From Octopus bimaculoides (taxonomy: Eukaryota): a stretch of DNA of 64,000 nucleotides. Shown piece after piece: positions 53,330 through 64,000 of this stretch (positions are counted from its first letter, which is position 1; every line of letters begins with the position of its first letter). The translations under genes were made by a program, and so were the position numbers. Location: positions 23,058,824 to 23,122,823 of the forward strand of contig NC_069004.1 of assembly GCF_001194135.2 (NCBI RefSeq), written 5' to 3'. The notes below the pieces were generated by a model that saw only the letters and a program-made list of their open reading frames with translations, ran no database searches and was not told the DNA's origin.

Positions 53330-54480
53330 TTGACTCTGAGTGCCTAAGCCAGAACAAAGATTGGTATTTGCCACCCAATATGCTGAGCAGTGGAGGAGGA
53401 CCTAAAGCTAAAAAACAATTCTTCATAACTGTTCATACCAAACTTCCCATGAGGAACTCTGTAATAGTGGGCAAGTGAGAGGTGACATCTTCTGGATTGT
53501 TAAACTATAACATTTTGTAAAATCTATCTGAAAGAGATCACCAAACATGTCCAGCATATGAAAATAGAGCTCAAAGGGCAGACCGTCCAGCCCTAGAGCC
53601 TTCTGCCTTGTGCAGCCAGTCATTGCATCCCATATGTCTTTGGCTGTTATCACCATTTCACAGAACTCCACATTCCTGGCCAAAAGGTGCAGCATACCAA
53701 CAAAGTAGGAAGTGAAATCCACCCCCGTCTTCAACTCACCACATGCTCTGTACAGTTCAGCAAAGTGCTGCTGAAATTCCACACACATCTGCTTAAGTAG
53801 CATGCACCCACCGTGGCCTGTCAAAGACCAAATTGTGGCTTTGTTGCCATGTACTGCCTCTACCACCCAGGTACGACTTTTATTCCCTCATGTCTTAATG
53901 CACATTCTCTAGTTCTTACAACACAACCATCATGCTTAGTATTGAAAAATTGATCAAAAGCTAATCTCACTGCCAGTGAGTGCCTCTTCTAGCTTCCTAA
54001 CTAGATCTCCCTGCTATCCTAAATTCCCCCAATGTTATTTCTATACTAAACTCTACCACTTCTACTTTAATGGCTCTTTTTAGGGCTATCTACCATCTGT
54101 TGTTGACAACTGTACCCAACAATTCCTATGGAGTAACTTGCTAACCTTCTCTCTGAATGATTGACACACTTGCAAATGGGTTCAGCTTCAAGTATCTGGG
54201 CCCCTGCCTATGGATCCTATCCAGGTCAATCATAAAGACAAAAAATTTGTGATCTGTATAGCTGAAGTCTTTGAATTGTGGATAACTTATGCTGCTTCTA
54301 TCTACAGTTGGGGGCATATGCAACAACTGATCTAAAAGTACCACCTTCATTATTACATTCTCACCAACTTACCCTCTGGGTCCAGGAAGATCATCCATAT
54401 CTTGAGATCCAGGCCTTTCCTAGACAGCACTGCCACCCCACTTCCCATTCTAAGTTGAGCCAAAGATGTGTAGATCCCAA
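53330..54480 (-). mobile_element. Tx1/L1-clade LINE fragment
   Basis: YTDHKF...QGPRYLKLN (end of endonuclease) and KALGLDGLPFELY (start of RT). Confidence 0.7.
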
Positions 54481-54824
54481 AGTTGTCAAAAATGGAGGCT
54501 AGTGTGTGCATGTTCAACACACAGGACTAACTGGTGGCTCTCACATCCCTAGCAACCTGAGGTCATTAATAATAACAATAATGACGATGATGATGATGAA
54601 AATAGGAAGAAGAAAAAGGAGGGGAAGGAAAGGGAAGAAAGAAAGAGGTGGAGGAGGAAGAAGAAGAATAACAACAACAACATACAATGAAAGTCACTTA
54701 TTGTTATCAGTTTGGGAACAGAGCTATTTAGATAACAATAGCTGGATTGTAGTATAAAGCAGAGGAGATAACAATATCGTGAATGTGTTTGGAACCAATG
54801 GAGAAAGAAAATGGAATTACTTAC

Positions 54825-54912
54825 ATTGTTCCAGATTTGACTGATTCAAAGTTTCATTTTTACTCAAAAACTTGTTTATGTTTTCCAACATTTCTTCTAG
54901 TGTTTCTTTTGT
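54825..54912 (-). CDS. Gene B coding exon (coiled-coil protein, 5'-incomplete)
   Basis: Acceptor ttttatttatttatttttttaag| and donor T|gtaagt; phase 0 in, 1 out; encodes TKETLEEMLENINKFLSKNETLNQSNLEQ. Confidence 0.8.
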
Positions 54913-55188
54913 CTTAAAAAAATAAATAAATAAAACAATAATAATAATAATAATAATAACAACAATAACCCTTTCTACTAAAGCACAAGGCCTGAAATTT
55001 TGTGGGAGGGGACTAGTCAATTACATCAATCCACTGTTTCACTGGTACTTAATTTACCGACCCCAAAGGGATGAAAGGCAAAGTCAACCTCAGAGAAATT
55101 TGAACTCAAAATGTAGTGATGGGTGAAATACCGTTAAGCATTTTGCCCTGCATGCAAATGATTCAGCCAGTTTGCCACCTTAGTAGTA

Positions 55189-55236
<48 letters not shown>

Positions 55237-55239
<3 letters not shown>

Positions 55240-56267
55240 GCTTAGACAGAAAGACAAGGAAGTTGCTAACTAGATGTGGGTCACTCCACCCAAAAAGTGA
55301 CACAGACAGACTCTATGCACCAAGAAAAAGAGGAGGAAGAGGGCTTATTGGATGCGAACACAGCATTAGAGCAGAAGAAAACAACATAGCATGGTATGTA
55401 AAAAATGCCACAGAACTACTATTATTAGAAGTAAGAAGGTCAGGCTTGTGTAGGATGAAAGATTGCAAAGATAAAGCACCATACAAGAAATTGAANNNNN
55501 NNNNNNNNNNNNNNNNNNNNNNNNNNNNNNNNNNNNNNNNNNNNNNNNNNNNNNNNNNNNNNNNNNNNNNNNNNNNNNNNNNNNNNNNNNNNNNNNNNNN
55601 NNNNNNNNNNNNNNNNNNNNNNNNNNNNNNNNNNNNNNNNNNNNNNNNNNNNNNNNNNNNNNNNNNNNNNNNNNNNNNNNNNNNNNNNNNNNNNNNNNNN
55701 NNNNNNNNNNNNNNNNNNNNNNNNNNNNNNNNNNNNNNNNNNNNNNNNNNNNNNNNNNNNNNNNNNNNNNNNNNNNNNNNNNNNNNNNNNNNNNNNNNNN
55801 NNNNNNNNNNNNNNNNNNNNNNNNNNNNNNNNNNNNNNNNNNNNNNNNNNNNNNGCGACCATGAGATTGAGAATAGGAAGCCAGACATAGTCTTAATTAA
55901 GAAAGAAAACAAACTATGCTGGATCATAGATATAGTATGTCCAGCTGACAACAAGGTTTGTGATAAGGAATAAAGAAAAGTCAAGAGATATGACAGGTTA
56001 GCTTGGGAAGTTAAGCAGTTGTGGTCGATGAAAAAGGTGGTAGTAGTACCAATAATTGTCGGAGCCCTGGGAACTGTGAGCAAAAATCTCGAGAAGTATG
56101 TGGAACAAATAGGGGCTACAATAAGGGTGGAGCACTTGCAGAAAACAGCACTGCTTGGAACCGCTCAAATACTCTGGAAGGTGCTCGAAAAATAAGAGGT
56201 GTCACCTTGGTTCACTGGTAGTGAACAGCTGACACTGTAGTACATCTCCAGCATTAGAAGCCATGCA
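55237..56267 (+). mobile_element. 5'-truncated R4/Dong-like non-LTR retrotransposon with restriction-like endonuclease, inserted in (AAT)n
   Basis: LHPKSDTDRLYAPRKRGGRGL (RT thumb) and RKPDIVLI...CWIIDIVCPAD (PD-(D/E)xK-type); (AAT)n on both sides. Confidence 0.8.
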
Positions 56268-56323
56268 AATAATAATGATAAAAATAATAATGATAAAAAT
56301 AAAAATAATAATAATAATAATAA

Positions 56324-56866
56324 CTAGCAGGACCTATGGAATTTCTACGAACTGATTAATAGAATGTTGAGTAAATAATAAACTTTTTCTACAAATATGT
56401 ATGTATAAAAATAAAGCATTGAAGAAAGGAGTAATTGAAATGTCTACATATATAATAGAATTAGACACTTAGGCAGCAAATACTAAAACTGCGTATATTT
56501 GTACAGTTCTTTTTACAAATACATAAAGTTTAGCTATTAATTCTATCCGTTTTTAACATACAATACTCAGAGGCTGGGAAAATAAACAACGCATAGAGAT
56601 ACTTGGGAGTGTCCACCATGTGTGCAAAGATTGCCAATGTCAATCAGTCTGTGGTACACCCCCTCCCAACATAGAGCCATGCCAGTTTCCTCCGATATGA
56701 ATAAAGAAAACAATAGACCTATATATGTACAAAACAATATAATACATGCCACATATAAATAGTTACCTCTTTTGAAAGATATTCATTTAATATGTATTTA
56801 TGTATGAATGTATGTATGCATGCATGTATGTATGTATGTATGCATGCATGTATGCATGTATGTATG

Positions 56867-56898
<32 letters not shown>

Positions 56899-58386
56899 CT
56901 AAGGACATATACCTAATGGAATCAAGGGTCTCCAGAATTTCTGAAAACAATCCACTCCTTCAAGTCAGTACCTCTCGGCAGACAATGTTCTTAGTAACAG
57001 TTCGCCTTCTTCTCTTTCCTTGTCTGTCTGTCTCCATCACCTTAACCCTTACATTTGAGAGTTTGCGAGCTCTAGAGTATGCCGCATACAACTGCTCGTG
57101 ACTGAACACTGGCTAAGGTAAGAACAATCCCACCTTCTCAAATGTCTGCTCTTGTGACTTTTTAATAGTCATGGCATATGACAAATGAGCAGGAAACTAG
57201 AGTCTCTCTAAGATGAATGACAAGTTAGCGTCGCTTGGAGCCAGCTTTATTCTGGGGATGAAGACACGTCTACCAATTAGTGAGCTGCTGATCAAGGAAG
57301 CTTCGACTGAATGTTGATGCATGGTCACCACTTCCAGTTTTGTACCATTGCAGAGTCCATTCTGGATAGAAATGTTATGAGGAAGCATTACTATTGATCT
57401 GGGTTTTAAACTCAATTTGTGAGGAGGCATTCCTGATGGAGTCGAAGAGTTTAGAAATTCAAGTGGATAGTGCTCAGCCTCAGCAGGATCATCTGTCAAA
57501 ACTTTATCTGTACTATAATAGGTGTGGCAGTCACCTTCATTGATCAGGAGGCAGTCTGGGTTCTTTGGCAAAAGAATTATTCTGCTTCTTGTCTCTTTCC
57601 TCAGATGCATTATTGAAGATATCATCCACCAGAGAACTGTCAACACATGAAATTTGAGGCACTTCTATGTCATCAACAGCAAGATTAGGATCTTTTGGAG
57701 CTGCTTATGTTCCATTGCCAAGATGCAAGAGCCATGCTGCAAATTCCCTTTGATCTGCTGTTGTCCTGATGTTTTCGCTTAATCTGCATTGGATGAAATT
57801 CAGCCATAGAGGAGAATTTTTAATACAGATTTCAATAATTGCCTCATGAGTTCCTCTTGGCAATATGGATAGGACTTGCTTAATGTCTCCCCTCCAAGAG
57901 CACAAATTTACCACCAAAAACAGCAGCAATGCCAGTGATATCTCACAAGGCTTTGTCAAAAACATGAAGAGCAAATGAAGGGATCATAGAAGCCTCAAAC
58001 AAGTTGATCAAATCCAGGTTTCGTAAATGATTTGCATGGTCTGAAGTGGCTGGTGCATTACAAACACTGGCCTCAGTGAGTGGGACAGGCAACTTGAACA
58101 AACTATGGGTAGTCTTTCCACCTGACAGTAGTGCAGAGGCAATACCTGTCCAAGCACAACTGCATATATTGAAGTCGTTCCTTCACAGATAAGAAATTAT
58201 GGTATTAAATATATAAGTTTTACCACAACCTCCTGGTGCATCTACATAGAAACAGGAGTGGCTGGGCACATCACCTCTCCTCTTCTTATCCACAGATTCA
58301 AGCACAGCATTAGCAATCAGTCTCTGATCATCAGTAAGTGTTGCAATGCCTGGGTGATCGAGGTCTTCATGACGTAAAAGGGAAGA
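56324..58386 (-). mobile_element. Helitron remnant (PIF1-type helicase C-terminal part)
   Basis: Walker A DAPGGCGKT, FAAWLLHLGNG, FLNSSTPSGMPPHKL, GLCNGTKL, FIPRIKL, QTFEKVG and FSHEQLYAAYSR. Boundaries on the minus strand read A|TC...CTAG|T. Confidence 0.9.
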
Positions 58387-58566
<180 letters not shown>

Positions 58567-59736
58567 CAATTTTTTCTAATTTTGATTCAAATCCAGCATT
58601 TTTGTGGGAGTGGGCTAGTCGATTACATTGACGCCAGTACTTAACTGGTACTTATTTTATCAACCTCAAAAGGAGGAAAGGTAAAGTCAATCTCAGCAGA
58701 ATTTGAACTCAGAACCTAACAACAGACAAAATGCCACTAAGCATGTTGTCTGGTATGTTAAAGATTCTGCCAGCTCATCACCTTAACAATAATAACAATA
58801 ATAATCCTTTCTACTATAGGCACAAGGCCTGNNNNNNNNNNNNNNNNNNNNNNNNNNNNNNNNNNNNNNNNNNNNNNNNNNNNNNNNNNNNNNNNNNNNN
58901 NNNNNNNNNNNNNNNNNNNNNNNNNNNNNGGGTGGGTGGGATGTATAGTTGATTACATTAATCCAGTGCCTTGATTGGTACTTATTTTATTGGCCCTGAA
59001 AGGATTAAAGGCAAAGTCAACCTTTACTAATGACTCTACTAGCTTGCCATCTTAATAAAAATAACAACAACAACAATAATAATGTTTCCTTACATCGACT
59101 TGGAAAAAAACCCACAATTTATAACTGAATGAGTGAACGGTAAGATCGTATTATATTTTTTTTAATTAAATATTATTAGGAATTGTATAAAAATAATTAT
59201 CAAAATAGTCTGTGTATTGTAGAAGTATAATCGATTTATTGCAGATAAATTTTAACAACAAAATCTTATATTCACCCACAAGGGACATAAAGACCTTAGT
59301 GAAGAACCACTGATTTAAATGTTTTTGTCTGAGGAGATAGGGCTCTGCTCCTGACTCTTTCACAGGGACTCTGTGACTGGTAGGGAGTGAGGAAGTTACT
59401 CTCAGACTGGAAACCTGTTTTGCCTCCCAAATTTTCACTCACTTGTGTCTATGCTAGAAGACACAAGTGCTTTAGGCAAGAAGCCTAAAGTGCTGTGGTG
59501 TGGAATCAAAGCCCAAACCATGTGGCTGTAAAAAAACTTAAACATACACTCATGCCTGCATCCATGTTTATTTAAATGCACAGGCATGACTGTATGGTTG
59601 AGAAATTCACTTCCCAACCAAATAGTTTGGAGTTCAGTCCCACTGCACAACATCTTGGGCAAATGTCTTCTACTACAGCCTCAGGTTGACCAAAGCCTTC
59701 TCAGTGGATTTCAGAAACTGAAAGAAGCCCATCATA

Positions 59737-59843
<107 letters not shown>

Positions 59844-60724
59844 GTCCTTGTCTTGACTTCATGCAATCTTTGTAAATGAATGTCATTCATTTCCAAAAGT
59901 CTGTGAAAACATGTCTCGTTATGGGGAAGTGTTACCTTGCTTGGAAACGGGAGAGAGTTGGCAATTGGAAGGGCATCTGAATGTAGAATACCTGCCTCAA
60001 TAAATTCTGCCTAACTCATGCAAGCATGGAAAAATGGACAGTAAAATGATGATGATGACAACGACGACAACGATGATGATGATAATGATGATGATAATAA
60101 CGATGATGATAATAACGATGATGATGATAACGATGATGATAATAACGATGATGATGATGACGATGATGAATCTGATGATATCAATGATGATAATGATGAT
60201 CTAATAATCATTTTTAATTTGTATCTTGACAGTATTCATCTATATGAGGTTTGGTTTTTAATTTCATAATAGCAACGTAATTTTCTACAACTACAATAAT
60301 TTTTTATAAAAAATAAAGAAATTCTTTCATTTTTTTATTTTAGATTTTTATTTCATTACTTTTATTTAATTATTTATTTTGTTTCACAAATAATAATAAT
60401 TTAACAGCTTTCTACTTTAAAATGATATCTTGATATTAACAGAATAAAAAATTTAAAAAAAAAAGCAAAATATGATAAATAAATAAATAAGACTACAGCA
60501 AAATGATTAGAATTAAATGAGGGATGGGAAGATGTTGAGAGATGTAAGTGGAGTGTATGGACAATGAACATCTCTCTCTACTAACGTGTTGGTATATGTA
60601 AAAATATTACTTCTAGAATGGGCACAGACATGGCTGGGTGGTGAGGAAGTCCACTCCACAAACATATGGATTTGGATTCAAGCCCACTACAGGGCACCTT
60701 AGGCAAAAGTTTTCTACTGTAGCC

Positions 60725-60896
60725 TACTAGCATAGCTAGAGTGTGTGCTCCTTGGGGCGGCCCTTCTGTTTGCTGCCCCCAGACCCCACAAAAAACACAT
60801 ACTGCCTCCAACAATAGCCTACAACAGGATGAAAAGTGCCACCCCTTTAAAAGTGCCACCCAGACTGGGCTATCCCCACCCCCAGCTATGCTAGTA
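60725..60896. mobile_element. 172-bp MITE inserted in a SINE
   Basis: TIRs TACTAGCATAGCT and AGCTATGCTAGTA; 8-bp flanks ctgtagcc/ttgtagcc. Confidence 0.65.
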
Positions 60897-61092
60897 TTGT
60901 AGCCCCTAGCCAATGAATGCCTTGCAAGTGAGTTTGATAGATGGGACCTGTATGAAAACCCATCATATTTATCTTTTATCTTTTACTTGTTTCAGTCATT
61001 ATACCATAGCCATGTTGGGGCACCGCCTTGAAAAATTTTTAAGCACGGACACACAGACACACACACAGACACACACACACAGACACACAGAT

Positions 61093-61134
<42 letters not shown>

Positions 61135-61191
61135 NNNNNNNNNNNNNNNNNNNNNNNNNNNNNNNNNNNNNNNNNNNNNNNNCACACGCAC

Positions 61192-61228
<37 letters not shown>

Positions 61229-61282
61229 CACACACGCACACACGCACACACACACACACACACACACGTGTGTATGTATATA

Positions 61283-62617
61283 CAGGGTGCACCATAAACA
61301 ATTCCTGATTGATTTTTAGTCATATTTTTAGTTAGGGGTACAAAAACATATGAGTTCTTTAGGATTTAATTACATACAATCATGTAACATATTAAGATAC
61401 AATTCTTTCAATACGTCCACCTTTAGCCTTCACAATTGCCCAAAAATGGTTGAAAACACTCACACAAATGTCAGATGACTTCTTCACTTAAAAGACCCCA
61501 TGTGCAACTAAGGTATTCTCCAGAATGGTGATATCTTTGTAGGAAACTCTTGGAACATCACTTTCTCGAATGGACCAAATAGCAAAGTTTATAGGGTTGA
61601 TGTCTGGGCTGCAGGGTGGCCAACACGTTCTTGTTCTAGAACCCTTTAAAATGGCCCCTGCACCACTGCTGTGTCACATTGGGCATATGAGAAGAAGCAC
61701 TGTCTCGCATGAACATGTAATTATCTCCAAATGCTTCAGTCACCCATGGCAAAACATTATTCTTCAACATTTTCATGTAAGTTACCAAACTTTCAGTGGT
61801 GTATACATTTCCCACCTGGATGGAATGCCAGTCCATCATAGGATTACTCATTTTGTCCCCTCTTTACTGAACACCAGAGGTGATTTTCCACCATTGGATG
61901 ACACTATCACCCAAACCATCACTCCAGCTGGTTTCATTCAGCAAAACACCTTATGGGCACCTTCAGGAATAGCATCTTGTCATTCTGGGTGTTCTCTACA
62001 GCCTCCTTGGTGAATATCTTTTCATCCAACCAGATAAAGACATTGTCATCAGTGCTCTGAATCTCTTCTCCCCTTTTCTTTCACTTGTCCAGTTGCTTTG
62101 CTTTGGAAGTGGCTGCAATTAGGTGTCGACTTTGCAATTTTAATGACTTACAATTACATTTTAAGTTTTCATGCATGACCCATTGCATGGTAGTCTGGGA
62201 GATATCGAAACTTTTAGCCATTTGCCTCAAGCTCTGCCATGGATTTTGCAAAACTTTCTTTTGGCTGACATCCACCAATTGTTTTGTCCTTTTGGACTGT
62301 TTGTGACCAGGAATGGGCTTACTGTTGATTGAACCTGTCTCACTGTTTCATAACATTATAAACTGTTTTGGGATCAACATTACTCCTTGAAGCCACGTCT
62401 TTGGTGCTATGTCCTGCTTTTCTCACAGCCTCAATTTCACTTTGCCTATGGGCTGGAATAATGTAACCTTTTACTTGCCAAATGTAAACAAACAATGGAG
62501 TTTACATGAACAATTGAATGTTGGGGAGCACATTTTAATTATTTTTGGGAAATTTCAAACTAAATTTAATAAAATCAACTTATTTAAATAATCAGGAATT
62601 ATTTACCGTGCACCTTG
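61283..62617 (-). mobile_element. Near full-length decayed Tc1/mariner-superfamily transposon (probably DD37D/maT-like)
   Basis: About 28-bp TIRs CAGGGTGCACCATAAACAATTCCTGATT with TA flanks; WLDEKIF, MRDSASSH and WPPCSPDINPINF. Confidence 0.85.
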
Positions 62618-63009
62618 TATATGTAAATGTATTTTAATACCTATTTTTCTATTCTTGCAACTGATAGAGTTTATTGAGGTCAATTTTCTACAGCTTGATG
62701 CTCTTCCTGTCACCAATCCTTACCTATTTTCAAGTATGGTAATATTTCCACACCCTTCAGTCTAACATATTTTCACAGACTATTGAATATGAATGACACT
62801 ACTTCTATGACAGTGATACTTATTTACAACTATCACAAAATGTCAAGGCAAGGACAGGCACACACACACTCACACACACACATGCACACACACACACACA
62901 CACATGATGGAATTTGTTCAGTTTCTGTCCATTGAATGCCTGTATGTTTATATGTATATATATATATATAGTATTATGTGTATGTGCATGTGGGTGTGAG
63001 TATTGACAT

Positions 63010-63310
63010 TCCACAATTTAGCTTAAATTAAATCTGGGATTATATCCTGAAAGTTGACCTTTGCTCAGTTTTTGGTAACAGTAATAGTTAGGCCAAATTC
63101 TTTGAAAATCTTCATCAGATTCTTCCAGAACTTATCTATGACATGGCTATTCGTATGGCTTAAGATTGCTCAACAATCATCCCTATACAGGGCCAAACTA
63201 TGAATGTGTGTGCTTTCTAGGTTATCCAGGATAAATAACCCAATATAGCCAGTGACCTTGCCCCATCATAGGTCTCTGTAGATATGCCAAATAGTGGATG
63301 ACTTTCTTTA
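63010..63310 (-). mobile_element. Penelope-like element RT remnant
   Basis: With a frameshift the minus strand reads TYDGA...LYRDDC*AIL...KNLMKIFKEFGLTITV...KVNFQD, matching PLE RT motifs YDGAE / GLYRDDGL / VNFLD. Confidence 0.65.
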
Positions 63311-64000
63311 TTTATCAGGTAGATATCTGGTGGTGGATAGGTGTATCCACATTCACACACACACACACACACACACCTATGCATGCTTATAACAATACAG
63401 ACATATAGACTCATAGGGTAGATGGACAATTCATCAATAGACAATTGACCAACAGACAACTTACAGACAGGACAATTGTATGATATAGTGCAGAATCCTG
63501 TTGCCAGACATTGGGTGTTCCAGCAGCCACCCTCTTGACTCAGGGCAGCACAACCTCCTCCAAGCACTTGATGTAGGACTCTGTGTTGAGTCTGAGGCCA
63601 TGTGGGAATTGTCTGTCAGCAAATTGTCTGCACATGGACTCATAGATATATGTGCACAGACACATACCTATGTGCATGCGTATATACTTACACACATACA
63701 CACACATATCTATATAAACACATCAACATATTTAAATCAAAATACGTATGATCATTGATTACTCTAATTTATACCCACATATATGTATGTATGTATATAT
63801 TAATGTATATACATATGAATGTGTGTGTGCATACATATATATATATATATGTATACATATTCATATGTGTATATCTACACACACACACATATATATATCT
63901 ATAAATGAAAAAACAAATAAATGTTTCCTTCCCATGCCATGCCAGGTTCATGAGGGCCAATTTCCCAGTTTCAGTGGTGTATACATTTCCCACCTGGACG

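Overview
AT-rich, gap-ridden (many N runs) animal genomic DNA with dense microsatellites and transposon debris. The repeat families resemble those I know from octopus/cephalopod genomes (inference, not verified). No prokaryotic features such as CRISPR arrays, operons or rRNA are present. Four host genes were reconstructed by hand from splice signals. (P) A + strand gene, 5'-incomplete, with exons at 3146-3241, 7699-7852, 11503-11545 and 16164-16260, encoding a Lys/Pro/Ser-rich linker and a hydrophobic C-terminus. (A) A - strand gene starting at about 31248/31272. (C) A head-to-head + strand gene starting MTTAVAT at 31595, whose body lies in an assembly gap; A and C share a motif-rich, CpG-rich bidirectional promoter. 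(B) A - strand, 5'-incomplete coiled-coil gene with exons from 54912 down to 38018/37553. The rest is RTE, Tx1, R4/Dong and Penelope retroelements, Tc1/mariner, pogo, hAT, piggyBac and Helitron/Helentron elements, and SINEs. The most unusual object is a 555-bp near-perfect palindrome at 34877-35431, flanked by a 12-bp target-site duplication. It consists of two head-to-head tRNA-promoter units, each carrying a (partly decayed) minimal hammerhead ribozyme motif.
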